A stretch of 64,000 nucleotides of DNA from an uncultured bacterium (GTDB lineage: Bacteria > Verrucomicrobiota > Verrucomicrobiia > Limisphaerales > UBA8199): the NCBI GenBank assembly GCA_963749495.1, contig CAVVMW010000022.1, forward strand, positions 32,001-96,000, in the 5' to 3' direction. Below the pieces are notes generated by a model. That model made no database searches. It saw nothing but the letters and a program-made list of their open reading frames with translations, and had not been told where the DNA came from. Made by a program: the position numbers and the translations under genes. Shown here in pieces: positions 29,638 through 40,200 of the stretch. Within the stretch, counting starts at the first letter, position 1. Each line of letters opens with the position of its first letter.

Positions 29638-30999
29638 ATGAAACCCATCCAACTTGCCCCATTGTGCCTCGTTTGTTTGTGCAACGCCATGACGGCAGGA
29701 GCCCAACAGTCAGGCGACTACACATACACTACCAACAACGGGACGATCACTATCACCCGCTACAGCGGTACTCACGCCGTGGTTACTATTCCGTCTGCCA
29801 TTGACAGCCTCCCGGTCACCGGCATTGGGGGGTTCTTCAACTCCAGCCCGATCCTCGTCACAATTCCCAGTAGTGTCACCAGCATCGGGGACGGGGCATT
29901 CGAAGGCTGTGATAGGCTGGCCACCATCACGATCCCCGATAGTGTCACCAACCTCGGTGACTATGCCTTCGACCAATGCCAGGATCTGGCCATGGTCACG
30001 ATGGGCAACAGCGTCACTAACATCGGGGTTAGCGTGTTCTTCGGGTGTCCCAGTCTAACCATCATCACGATCCCCGATAGCGTCACCAGCATCGGGGACA
30101 GCGCGTTCTCTGGCTGCACCAGCCTGCCGAGCATCACGATCCCCGGCAGTGTCACGAGTATTGGGGGCGGGGCGTTCTCTGGCACGGGTCTGACCAACAT
30201 TGCGTTCCCGAGCACGCTTGCCAATATCGGGAAGAACGCCTTCGCTGGCTGCGTCAGCCTGACGCAGATCACGGTGGACCCACTTAATCCGTTCCACAGT
30301 AGCGTGGATGGGGTGTTGTTCGACAAGAGCCAGACCACAGTCATTCAATACCCGAGCGGCAAAGCCGGACGTTACACGATTCCCGACAGCGTCACCAGCA
30401 TCGGGTCCGAGGCGTTCTATGGCTGCGAATGGCTGTCGAGCGTTACGATCCCCGACAGCGTCACCAACATCGGGTCGCAGGCGTTTTCCGGCTGCACGAG
30501 CCTGGCCAGTGTGGCAATCCCCAACAGCGTCACCAACATCGGGTGGCAGACGTTCTCCGGCTGCAGGAGCCTGGCCAGCCTGACAATCCCCAACAGCGTC
30601 ACTAGCATCGGGGACGCTGCGTTCGAGGATTGCGGCAGCCTGCGAAGCGTGTATTTTGAAGGAAATGCTCCAATCGCTCCTTGGAGTTCATTCAGTGGGA
30701 GTTTTGGCGTATTCGTGTATTACCAGCCAGGAACGATGGGCTGGAGCAATACATTTGCCGACGCTCCGGCCAGGCTGTGGAATCCGAAGGCCAAAACTCC
30801 CACCGTCCTGAACAATCAATTCACCTTCGACATTACTGGCACATGGAACATCCCTATCGCAGTGGAGGCAAGCACGAACCTGGCTAGCGGCACCTGGGTT
30901 CATTTGCAAACCAGCACCCTAACCAACGGCCTGCTCCATTTCACTGACCCCGATTGGATTACGTATCCGGCCCGCTTCTATCGCATCCGGTCGCCGTGA
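29638..30999 (+). CDS. BspA-type leucine-rich repeat (LRR_5) surface protein
   Basis: Signal peptide; repeated ITIPDSVTSIG..AF.GC.SL units; C-terminal ..RFYRI tail. Confidence 0.92.
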   Translation: MKPIQLAPLCLVCLCNAMTAGAQQSGDYTYTTNNGTITITRYSGTHAVVTIPSAIDSLPVTGIGGFFNSSPILVTIPSSVTSIGDGAFEGCDRLATITIPDSVTNLGDYAFDQCQDLAMVTMGNSVTNIGVSVFFGCPSLTIITIPDSVTSIGDSAFSGCTSLPSITIPGSVTSIGGGAFSGTGLTNIAFPSTLANIGKNAFAGCVSLTQITVDPLNPFHSSVDGVLFDKSQTTVIQYPSGKAGRYTIPDSVTSIGSEAFYGCEWLSSVTIPDSVTNIGSQAFSGCTSLASVAIPNSVTNIGWQTFSGCRSLASLTIPNSVTSIGDAAFEDCGSLRSVYFEGNAPIAPWSSFSGSFGVFVYYQPGTMGWSNTFADAPARLWNPKAKTPTVLNNQFTFDITGTWNIPIAVEASTNLASGTWVHLQTSTLTNGLLHFTDPDWITYPARFYRIRSP

Positions 31000-31015
31000 T
31001 TTACTATTTGTCGGG

Positions 31016-31299
31016 GATGAACCGCTGGCCGATGCCCAGCGGTTCCGCCGCCTCCACCTCATCCTGGGCGACACCAACGTGCTGCCCTCGACCCTGTTTC
31101 TCAAGGTGGGCGCCACGCGCCTGGTCCTGGACCTGCTTCCCGCGCCTGCGCTCGCAGCCGGCTCATGCGCGAAATCCAAGCCCAGGCCTCCTCCTCCTAC
31201 TTCGTCGATTGGGAAGAGGTCTCCCTCCCCAACCAGAGACGCGCCCTGCTCCTGGACCCCTTCAGAACCCACCCCGAATCCGCAGCCAGGAGGTTGTAG
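31016..31299 (+). pseudogene. pafA: second pafA remnant: central fragment fused to duplicated 3' end
   Basis: DEPLADAQRFRRLHLILGDTNV..LKVGATRLVLDLL (31016-31138), then an out-of-frame copy of the SRACARS..AARRL* end. Confidence 0.78.
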
Positions 31300-31455
31300 G
31301 TGAGTGTGCGAGACGGCCCGAATCTCCGGCCCAAAGGGACGGCAGAGCCTAGCCCAGGGCTGAGGCCGTCAGGCCGATGCCCTGGGACAGGCGAACGAAA
31401 TCAATCGCGCCCTGAAAGGGCGCAAGACTCTAGCGCCCCTTCAGGGGAATGGCAC

Positions 31456-31806
31456 TTACTTAGTGCCTAAAACTTTGGCGCTTAGGCGCTTGCGTCGATG
31501 GGGATGAGGTGCCCTCTGGAAGATAATCTTGCGGGACAGCCGCTCCATGTCACGCAACAGCCCCCGCACCTGTCGGTAGTGGTTAACCGCTTGGCGCATC
31601 TGCTCGAACTCCTCCTGGGTTAGTGAGACGGTGATCGTCTTCTGCGCGACTTTGCGCGTCCACTGGTAACCGGCACCTCCGCCCGAGCGCCGCGTGCGGT
31701 CCTGCACCGAGCCCTGGCTGAGGTAGCCTATTTGGCTCAAACGGCGTCGCAATTGCTCGTATTGCCGGTCCCAGGAGGCGGTGCCCTTATCCAGATTTTT
31801 GTTCAT
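31456..31806 (-). CDS. IS passenger gene, DUF6788-like small basic protein
   Basis: GYLSQGSV..YQWTRKV..KTITVSL pattern; lies inside the IS ends. Confidence 0.7.
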   Translation of the reverse strand: MNKNLDKGTASWDRQYEQLRRRLSQIGYLSQGSVQDRTRRSGGGAGYQWTRKVAQKTITVSLTQEEFEQMRQAVNHYRQVRGLLRDMERLSRKIIFQRAPHPHRRKRLSAKVLGTK

Positions 31807-31838
31807 CGGCCTCAATTTTAGCTTGCCGGTCAAGCATA

Positions 31839-31858
31839 GTCCAGTATATATACTGGAC
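31839..31858. promoter_or_regulatory. perfect 20-bp palindrome between the divergent IS genes (operator-like)
   Basis: gtccagtatatatactggac directly before the transposase ATG. Confidence 0.55.
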
Positions 31859-33325
31859 ATGCACACGCCCTTTTTCGCACCCTGGCGCTCTCGCCTGGCC
31901 CGCTTGGGTTCCCGCACCGCCCACGCCTGCCGCCAGGTCCGCGCCTATACCCTCTGCCAACTGGAAAAGTGCTTCTCCTCCTCGGTACCCCAGGAGTGCT
32001 TTCCCAAGGCCAAGGCCTCCGCCCACAAAAACTGCCGCGACCGCGACTACACCCGCTGGCGCACCTTCTGGTGCATGGTCTGGCAAGCCCTCAACCCCGA
32101 CGCCTCCGGGCGCGAGGTCGTGCGCCAACTCCAGGCCCTCTTCCTCTTGGAAGACGGCCCCCAGATCTCCCCCGAGGACGGCGCCTACTGCCGCGCCAAG
32201 GCCCGGCTGCCTCTCAGGGAATTCCCCAAGGTTTTGGCCGCCACCGCCCGGGCCGCCGACAAGCAAGTCCCGGCCCTGACTCAACTCCAAGGCCGGCCCC
32301 TCAAGGCCGCCGACGGCTCGGCGCTCACACTGGCCGACACGCGCAAAAACCGAAGGGCGTATCCCCCCATGCAGTGCGCCGACAAACCCAGCTTCCCCAA
32401 GATGCGCATCGTCGTGCTCTTTTCCATGCTCAGCGGCGCGATCCTGGCCATGGCCCAAGGCAGCTTGGCGCTCTCCGAACTGTCGTTGTTGACGCTGCTC
32501 AGCAGCCAATTGGTGGCCGGGGATATCCTGGTGGCAGACCGCGGCTTCGGTTTTTACGCGGTCCTCGCCTGGCTCAAGCACCTTCTGAACGTGGACTTCA
32601 TCGGGCGGTCCACGCGCCGGCTCGATGGGCGAAGGCGGCTCCGCCGCTTGGGCAGAAACGACTGGCTCTTCGTGTGGGAAAAACCCCAGCGCCGGGCTCC
32701 CTGGCTGACGCTGCTCCAATGGATTGGCTTGCCCAGCCAGTTGACGGTGCGCGTGGTCAAGGGCAGTTGCTATCAGAAAGGCTTCCGCGTACGCCAGGTC
32801 AAACTGGTGACCACGCTCTTGGACCCAGAACTCTACCCCGCCGAGCAGATCCTCCGCGCTTACTTGCGGCGGTGGCGCCTGGAGATGTGCCTGGATGACC
32901 TGAAAACCACTCTGGAAATGGAGACCCTCCGCGGGCGCAGCCCGAACATGGTTCGCAAAGAGGCCTACACGCGCCTCATCGCCCACAATCTCATCCGTGG
33001 CACCATGGCTCAGGCCGCCACCGAACATGAGGTGCCCCTGGAGCGCATCAGCTTCAAAGGCTCGCTGGACGCAATCCGGCACTTTACCCAGGCCATGGCC
33101 CAAGCCCGCTCCAAAAAGAAACGCCGCCAACTGTGGTCCGATCTGCTCGAAACGCTAGCCGCCGATTTGGTCCCCGAGCGGCCAAACCGACGCGAGCCGC
33201 GCGCCGTCAAACGCAAGAAAAACAAATACCCGCGGCTCAACGCACCCCGCCGCAGGTTCCGCGATCATCTCAAACGTCACACGCGCCGCACCAGGGCCCG
33301 TTTGCGCAAGCTCGGTCTTATGTAA
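31859..33325 (+). CDS. IS4 family DDE transposase
   Basis: AYCRAKARLP; ADGS; VADRGF; LVTTLLD; Y.RRWRLE..DLK (YREK-type) motif. Confidence 0.93.
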   Translation: MHTPFFAPWRSRLARLGSRTAHACRQVRAYTLCQLEKCFSSSVPQECFPKAKASAHKNCRDRDYTRWRTFWCMVWQALNPDASGREVVRQLQALFLLEDGPQISPEDGAYCRAKARLPLREFPKVLAATARAADKQVPALTQLQGRPLKAADGSALTLADTRKNRRAYPPMQCADKPSFPKMRIVVLFSMLSGAILAMAQGSLALSELSLLTLLSSQLVAGDILVADRGFGFYAVLAWLKHLLNVDFIGRSTRRLDGRRRLRRLGRNDWLFVWEKPQRRAPWLTLLQWIGLPSQLTVRVVKGSCYQKGFRVRQVKLVTTLLDPELYPAEQILRAYLRRWRLEMCLDDLKTTLEMETLRGRSPNMVRKEAYTRLIAHNLIRGTMAQAATEHEVPLERISFKGSLDAIRHFTQAMAQARSKKKRRQLWSDLLETLAADLVPERPNRREPRAVKRKKNKYPRLNAPRRRFRDHLKRHTRRTRARLRKLGLM

Positions 33326-33339
33326 GCGCCATTCCCCCT

Positions 33340-33696
33340 TCAGGGCGCGGGGTCCGCCTCTGCAACGAAACCCAGAGCATCGGCCTGCGGCCTCAGCCCT
33401 GGGCTAGGTTCTGGCGGCCCGTTGGCCCGCGACGCAGCAAGGGAAAGGCGCGCCTTGGACTGGAGCAGTTCCAGCAACCGGCCCACGTCGCGGTAGTTCT
33501 CCAACTCGTCCTTCTCTGCGGCAGAGAGTGCCCCTTGGCGGGCTTTGGCCGCGAGGGCGTTCATGCGCCCTACGTCAGCAGGCGCGAAGTCAAACTCCAG
33601 GATCGACGTGGCCGCGTCCCTCGACCACGTCCCGCTCTCTGGGCGAATGACGCGGCTGAGAATGGCAACTTCACTGGTCTCGGTGGCTGCAGACAT
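33340..33696 (-). CDS. small conserved hypothetical (antitoxin-like) protein whose 3' end runs into the repeat
   Basis: AILSRVI..RMNALAAKARQGALS..ELENY..LLQSKAR pattern. Confidence 0.6.
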   Translation of the reverse strand: MSAATETSEVAILSRVIRPESGTWSRDAATSILEFDFAPADVGRMNALAAKARQGALSAAEKDELENYRDVGRLLELLQSKARLSLAASRANGPPEPSPGLRPQADALGFVAEADPAP

Positions 33697-33811
33697 ACTG
33701 TAAGACACTTACCACGTCCCCGCGCCTTTGACCAGATCGCAGAATCAGCGCGAGTCTCATGGCGGGCGCTTTTGTCTCGACGCGGCGCCGGGATGCGCTT
33801 AGTGTGGGAAT

Positions 33812-34392
33812 ATGATTGGGACATCAGAACCTCCAAAGCAGGTTTGGACCGAAGAGGAGCTCCAGTCGCTCCCCGACGACGGCTTCGTCCACGAGGTCGT
33901 GGACGGCGAATTGGTTATGAGCCCTAAAAACAACTACGAGCATGAAGGGATCTGCAGCCGCTTGTCCGCAGCGTTGTACGAGTTCAACCGCCAGCACCGG
34001 TTGGGCGTCCTGCGGGGCTCGACGCCGGCCACTGGATGCTCAACCGCAACTGCCGCGCGCCGGACATCTCGTTCGTTCCCAAGGAACGGCTGCTCAGGCT
34101 GGGTTTCAGCCCCAAGGCGCGCAAGTTCTTCCCCGGGGCGCCCGACCTGGCTGTCGAAGTGCTCGCCCCCAGTAACACCCGCGCCGAGATCGATGCGCGT
34201 TTGCGGGACTTCTTTGCCAGCGGCACCCAAATCGCCTGGCTCATCGATCCTGAGACCGAGAGCGTGGAGATTTGCCACTCCATGACCCAGCGTGCCCTGC
34301 TCGGCCCCGGAGGCGAGCTGGACGGGGAGCACCTGCTGCCAGGCTTCCGCTACCCCATCGCCAGCCTCTTCAAGGAGTGGGACTGGGAGTGA
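33812..34392 (+). CDS. Uma2 family endonuclease (apparent frameshift ~34020)
   Basis: EVVDGELVMSP, then RAPDISF..PDLAVEVLAPS..WLIDP..LLPGF in the next frame. Confidence 0.85.
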
Positions 34393-34419
34393 CTTCCGCA
34401 CTCCGCACTCCGCACTGGT

Positions 34420-35885
34420 TCACTCCGCCAGCGCCCGCTCGATGCGCGGCCACAGTTCCTCCGGGTCTTCCAGCCCCACTGAGAGCCGGATCAGGTAGCG
34501 CGAGACGCCGCACCGTTCCGCCCAGTCCAACTCGGTATAGTGGGCCAGCATGGTGAAGGGGCAGGCCAGCGTGAAGACGGTGCCGAGGCTGGGGCCTTTG
34601 CAGACGGCCAGGCGGTTGTAGATCTGCGGGGCGCGCGCCTCGGCGTCTCGGGGCAGGAAGGTGATGAGGGCGCCCCAGCCGCCTTTGGGACGCCGCACAG
34701 CCTCGTAGGCCTCGGCGCACTCCCACTTGGGATACCAGACCCGCTCGACAGCCGGGTGGCGGCGCAGCCGCTCGGCCAGGCGCAGCCCGTTCTGGTTGTG
34801 CCGCTGCATCCGCTCCGGAAAGCTCTGCGCCTGGGCCTCCAGCACACGGGCGTCCTCACCCCAAAGCAGTTCCTCGTGTTGCGCCGCCACGATCGGCTTG
34901 AGTTCGGCGTAGAGCGGGTCCGGGGATTGCAGATCAGCGCCCCGCCCATGGCGTCGCCGGTGCCGACGATGAACTTGGTGAGGCTGGTGGCGATCAAGTC
35001 GGCGTAGCCGCCCAGGTCCACGTTGACGGGGCTTGCCACCACATCATCGGCCACCAGCGGGACGCGGTGCCGCCGCAGAATGGGGCGGACGCGGCGCAGG
35101 TCGGCCGAGCCGAGCAACGGATTGCCCGGGATCTCGCAGAAACAGGCCGCCAGCGGCCGGTTGCGCAGCAGGGCCTCGAAGCTCGTTCTCGATGTCCTCG
35201 AGGTGGTTGAGCAATATCCCTCCGTTGCCCAGTTTCTGCTGCAGCTTCAGGGTGTCCACATAAGGAAAGCCCAACTGCGCCGTCGGGCGGCCGGGCGCGC
35301 GCCTGTCTGCGGCGCACAGGGCGGCGAATTGCGCAGCCATCCCGGTGGGCTCGAGGAAGACGTCATCTTCCCCGCAGTCATAGAGGGCGGCCAGAAACCG
35401 GCGCAACGCGCGCCGGACGGCCGGGTCATCGGCGCCGTTGGCCGCGGCGCGGCCTTCCAGGCGCGCCTGGGCCTGCCGGCTCGAAACCCCCAGGCCCGTG
35501 TGCTGCCAGAAGGCGCGCAAGGCGGCCAGACCCGACGGACCCGTCACCACCGCGTGCATCCCCTTCTGCCCCACGGCACAGGCCTCCTCCCCGCTGCAGC
35601 GCCGGACAAATTCCGCCCCGGCGGCGGCCGCGCGCGCGGAGGGAAACGGCAGGCACGGGCGCCCCTCGCCCGCGCGCCGCCCCAACTCCCCCACCAGCGG
35701 GTGAATCACAAACCGCGGATACCCGCTGGAGAGCCGCTCCAGCACCTCCGGGCGCTTCTTTCGTAACCGACCACGTCGCTCCAGCGGGGCAACGCCATCG
35801 AGACGGCATGCGCCGAATTGGGAATCGGACGCCCCAAGGCCTCGGCCTGCCAGATGGGCTTCTGACACAGTTCAGAGGAACTCAT
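34420..35885 (-). CDS. PLP-dependent Cys/Met metabolism enzyme, cystathionine gamma-synthase-like (about 3 apparent frameshifts)
   Basis: GYPRFVIHP; GMAA; FPYVDTLK; EIPGNPLL; SLTK (PLP lysine); KGPSLGT; LIRLSVGLE across frames. Confidence 0.82.
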
Positions 35886-36059
35886 TTTAGCGAACAACCT
35901 ACACCCATCTACACCCTGCGTCCAGTCGAGCAGGGCAAGGGTGGTGTGCTAATTTGACTTTAAGGCGGGGCGTCTGGGTTTGGCAAGCGGACGATCCTGG
36001 TTGGGTAGGACCAGAAAGCGGCCCGTTTACTGGTTGCCGGCGGCTGGGGACGGAGTTCT

Positions 36060-36302
36060 CTAGGATTGATTTATGTTCCTGATGGCGCAAATAAGAACAA
36101 CATCATCCGCGATTACTTTGTAGGAAATGTCGTAGTCTCCGCAGTTCACCTGGTAAGAATCAGGCGGCGTTAGCCGGATGCTGCCAAGAGGGAAGGGGCT
36201 TTCTTCAAAAGAAAGCAACATCTCTTCAATAGGAGTTCTTTCTGGCAGCGGGATGGCCGCCAGTTCCTGTTCAGCGGATTGGGTCAGTCGTACGGTGTAC
36301 AC
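36060..36302 (-). CDS. RelE/ParE-like toxin (atypical residues)
   Basis: YTVRLTQSAEQEL..PFPLGSIRL..Y...GDY.ISY.V..VLI.AI; GTG start next to the upstream stop. Confidence 0.65.
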   Translation of the reverse strand: MYTVRLTQSAEQELAAIPLPERTPIEEMLLSFEESPFPLGSIRLTPPDSYQVNCGDYDISYKVIADDVVLICAIRNINQS

Positions 36303-36303
36303 A

Positions 36304-36537
36304 TCAGGCTGCCCTAATCTGCTCCAAAATCTCCCTAAGCGGCTTAGAGGGCTCATTTTGGCGGCTCTCCACTAAGGCAGAACCAATCTGTACCCGCCTA
36401 GGGTCTTGAGATTTAATGGACACCATGACGCTAAAGTTGCTAACCTTATACGCTTCTGGTACATAGCGAAGCTCAGCCGCTGCCATTAGGGCTGAAAAAT
36501 TCGCACAATTCGGAGGGTCTACACACAACATAAGCAT
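36304..36537 (-). CDS. hypothetical protein, possible antitoxin
   Basis: Immediately upstream of the RelE-like gene; C-terminal ALVESR..PLREIL. Confidence 0.45.
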   Translation of the reverse strand: MLMLCVDPPNCANFSALMAAAELRYVPEAYKVSNFSVMVSIKSQDPRRVQIGSALVESRQNEPSKPLREILEQIRAA

Positions 36538-36543
36538 TAGGTT

Positions 36544-36993
36544 TTATTGCAAAGTTTTGGGACCTTGAGGTGGCGCCATCATTGAATTTACGGGGAGCGG
36601 GCGTTCCGCGAACTTCTCCCCATCGATCATCACAACGACAGAATAAAGGCCGGGACTAGGAAAGACGATTGGCGGAACGGGAAAGGGCAAATCAATTACT
36701 TCTGTTCCGTTGAACGTGTAATCACCGGGAATGCTTATCGTAGTCGCGACGTTAACTGATACGACACCTGTTTGCGGATTCTCAATTCGCATTGTCACCG
36801 TTATGGGCCTCGCCATTTTACCGCGAATGTTCGTCACCAGTACCGTTACCACAAACGGGGGAGCCGTGAATGGGAAAGAGCCAGACTGGTACTGATGAAA
36901 GCTCCCGACAAGGGAAAGCTTCGCGGTGCCCATTTCGCGGATCACCGAATCCGACAAAATGATGCCCATCGATACGATTTCGTTGTCTTTCAT
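36544..36993 (-). CDS. DUF6941-like beta-sandwich protein
   Basis: ILSDSVIRE..KLSLVGSF..FP..FPSPGLYSV pattern. Confidence 0.7.
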   Translation of the reverse strand: MKDNEIVSMGIILSDSVIREMGTAKLSLVGSFHQYQSGSFPFTAPPFVVTVLVTNIRGKMARPITVTMRIENPQTGVVSVNVATTISIPGDYTFNGTEVIDLPFPVPPIVFPSPGLYSVVVMIDGEKFAERPLPVNSMMAPPQGPKTLQ

Positions 36994-37256
36994 AGTGGGC
37001 CCAGCGCCCCAACGAATCTAACATGATCGAATTGCCGTCGTCAATACCCCCATATATGGCCCCCCACTACCGCAAGACACGCAAGTTATTGTAGTTTTAT
37101 GGAAAAGTCTGGTCCGGCCTCGACAATCCCACTCTTGCCCCGGTGCTCGCGTTCCTCTATCCTGCCCCTGGTTTTCGGAGCGGCTGATTGGCGGGCAGGC
37201 GCTCGATGGCGCCCCGCGCGCGGGTCCAGCCGGCTTTCACTTGATCTGTTGTGTTT

Positions 37257-40200
37257 ATGACTGCAAATCACAATGCCCATTGCGGGATCGCCCGCCCCTT
37301 GAATCGAACCCTCAGCCTTGCGGGCCTGTGCCTGTTGCTGGCCAATGTCCCCGCCGTCCGGGCTGCGTCGAGCCGGGAACCGGCGGAGCCGGTGCGGCTG
37401 AGGGCCGGTTGGCAGTTGCAGGACGCGGACAAGGTCCCGCAAGGGGGCGAGGCGGTTTCGCGGTTGGATTTCCAGCCCGCCGGCTGGCACGGGGCCACGG
37501 TCCCTGGCACCGTCCTGACCAGCCTGGTCAACGACGGGGTTTATCCCGAGCCGCTCTACGGGGAGAACAACCGCGCCATCCCGGACAGCCTCTGCCGGGC
37601 CACCTACTGGTATAGGACAACCTTTACACCGCCGCAGTCGTTCGCGGGCAAGAGAGTCTGGCTGACCTTTCACGGCATCAACTACACCGCCGAGGTCTGG
37701 GTCAACGGGCGCCAGGTCGGAACCATCCAGGGCGCCTTCGCGCGCGGGAGCTTCGATGTGAGCGGCCAAGTCACCGTTGGCAGCCCCAACGCCCTGGCCG
37801 TTCATGTCCGCCCTCAGCCCCATCCGGGGGTGGTCAAGGAGAAGACCATTGCCGGCGGCACCGGCCCCAACGGCGGCATCACAGCCCTGGACGGCCCCAC
37901 TTTCCTCTGCACCATCGGGTGGGATTGGATCCCCACCATCCGCGACCGCGACACCGGCATCTGGCAGGACGTCACCCTCTCGGCCACCGGGCCGGTTGTC
38001 ATCGAGGACCCGTATGTGACCTCGAGACTGCCCTTGCCCCGGACGGACAGCGCCGAGCTGGGGATTCGGGCGACCCTGCGCAACGCCACCCAGCAGGCCC
38101 AGTCGGGCCGGTTGGAGGGCGCCATCGAACGGACCACCTTCGGCCAGGAGGTCACGCTGGAGCCGAACGAGACCCGGGAGGTGACTTTCTCCTCGGCGAC
38201 CACGCCCGGGCTGCGCCTGGAGCAACCCCGGCTCTGGTGGCCCAATGGCTTCGGCCCGCAGAATCTCTATAAGCTGCGCCTGACCTTCACCCAGAAGGGC
38301 GCCCTCTCGGACGCCCGCCAGGCCAGTTTCGGCGTGCGCCAGATCACTTATGCCTTGCCCGGTTCGGACAACCTGGCGCTCTCGGTCAATGGCGTGCCGG
38401 TCGTGGCCAAGGGCGGCGATTGGGGAATTGACGAGGCGATGAAACGCATCCCGCGCAAGCGCCTGGAGGCCGCCGTCCGCATGCACCAGCTTGCCAATTA
38501 CACCATCATCCGCAATTGGGTCGGCCAGAGCACCAGCGAGGAGCTTTGCGGCCTGTGCGACCAATACGGCCTGCTGCTCTGGGACGAGTTTTTCCAGCCC
38601 CACCCGGCCGACGGCCCGGTGCCCGAGAATGTGGAACTCTACCTGGCCAACGTTCGCGAGAAGGTCCTGCGGTTGCGCAACCACCCCTGCATCGCCCTGT
38701 GGTGCGCCCGCAACGAAGGCGATCCGCCCCCGGCCATCGGCCAGGGCATCCGCAAGCTCATCAATGCCCTCGACCCGGACCGGCTTTATCAGCCCAGCTC
38801 AACCTCCGGGCGCGGCGTCAACTCCGGCGGCCCCTACCATTGGCGCACCCCGCGCCAGTTCTACACCTTTGGCGAGGCCTTCAAGACCGAGATCGGCTCG
38901 ATCTCCGTGCCCACGCTCGAGGCCGTCCAGGCCATGATGCCGGCCAAAGACTGGGAAGTCATCAACGACGACTGGGCCGAGCACGATTTCTGCGGCGGCG
39001 CCCAGCAAGGCAACCTCTACCCGGACATCATCGCCGCCCGCTACGGTTTCCCCGCCAGCCTGGCCGATTTCGTGCGCAAATCCCAGCTCGCCAATTACGA
39101 ATGTTTCCGCGCCATGTACGAAGGCCGCTTTGCCAAACTCTTCCACCCCGCCACCGGCGTCATCACCTGGATGAGCCACCCCGCCCAGCCGAGCTTCGTC
39201 TGGCAGCTCTACAGCCATGACCTCGAACCCAACTCGGCCCTCTACGCCGCGCGCAAGGCCTGCGAGCCGGTTCATGTGCAGTTGAATCAGAACGACTGGC
39301 ATGTCATGGTCATCAACAACACGCCCCAAACGCTCGATGCCATAGTCAGGACGACCGTGTTCAACCTGGACGGCTCGCAAGCATGGACCGAGTCCCAAAC
39401 GGTCAGCGCCGGCGCCAGCGCCGCCACCGACGCAGGCGCCGTCCGTTTCCCGCAGACCGGCCTTTCGCCCGTCCACTTCGTCAAACTCCAGCTCCTGGAC
39501 TCCAGGCAGCGGCTTCTCTCGGAGAATTTCTACTGGCGCGCCCTGCCGGAGCGCGAGGATGATTTCCGCGCTCTGAACTCGCTGCCGACCGTCGCCCTCG
39601 ATGTCCGGGCCGCCCGGCATGAGAAAGACGGCAAGTGCCTGCTCGATGTCGCCGTGAAAAACCCATCCTCATCCATCGCCCTCATGGCCCACCTCCAGTT
39701 GCGCAAAGACCGCTCCGGCGGGCGTGTCCTGCCGGTCTTCTACAGCGATAATTACCTCTCGCTCCTGCCGGGCGAGCGCAAGACGCTCACCATCGAGGTG
39801 GCCATGGCCGACCTGGAGGGCGAGGCCCCGCTCCTGGCAGTGGATGGCTGGAATGTCACGGCCAATCCGGTCTCCGCCTCCGGCAAGACAGTCCGGGTCA
39901 TGCCCAATACCAAGGCGCAGGTCCCCGGCGCCGCAGCCGCTTCCGCCGTCGAGCCCGCCCAAACCTTGAGCATCAACTGTGGCGGCGGCCGGCTCGGCTT
40001 CTTCCGCTTCGGCGCGCCCGCCGAGGGGTTCGCGGGGGACCGCGATTTTCGCGGCGGCAATGTCGCCACCACCCGGGAAACCATCGATACCCAGGTCCCC
40101 AACGCCGCCCGGCTCGCCGTCTATCAAACCGAGCGATGGGGCCCCTGCACCTACACGCTCCCCGCCCAAAAGGGCGCCGCCTACACCGTCCGCCTGCACT

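Larger units (their letters stand above)
31447..33334. mobile_element. IS4-family insertion sequence (1888 bp) with 11-bp target-site duplication
   Basis: Terminal IRs gaatggcacttac / gtaagcgccattc; TSD ccccttcaggg at 31436-31446 and 33335-33345. Confidence 0.92.
31326..33428. repeat. REP-like palindrome split by IS insertion
   Basis: Left arm cctagcccagggctgaggccgtcaggccgatgc and right arm gcatcggcctgcggcctcagccctgggctagg are inverted copies. Confidence 0.8.

Noticed and set aside
28743..31300. DGR template/variable repeat pair
   Set aside because: Mismatches are not confined to adenines and no reverse transcriptase is present. The repeat is the pafA 3' end.
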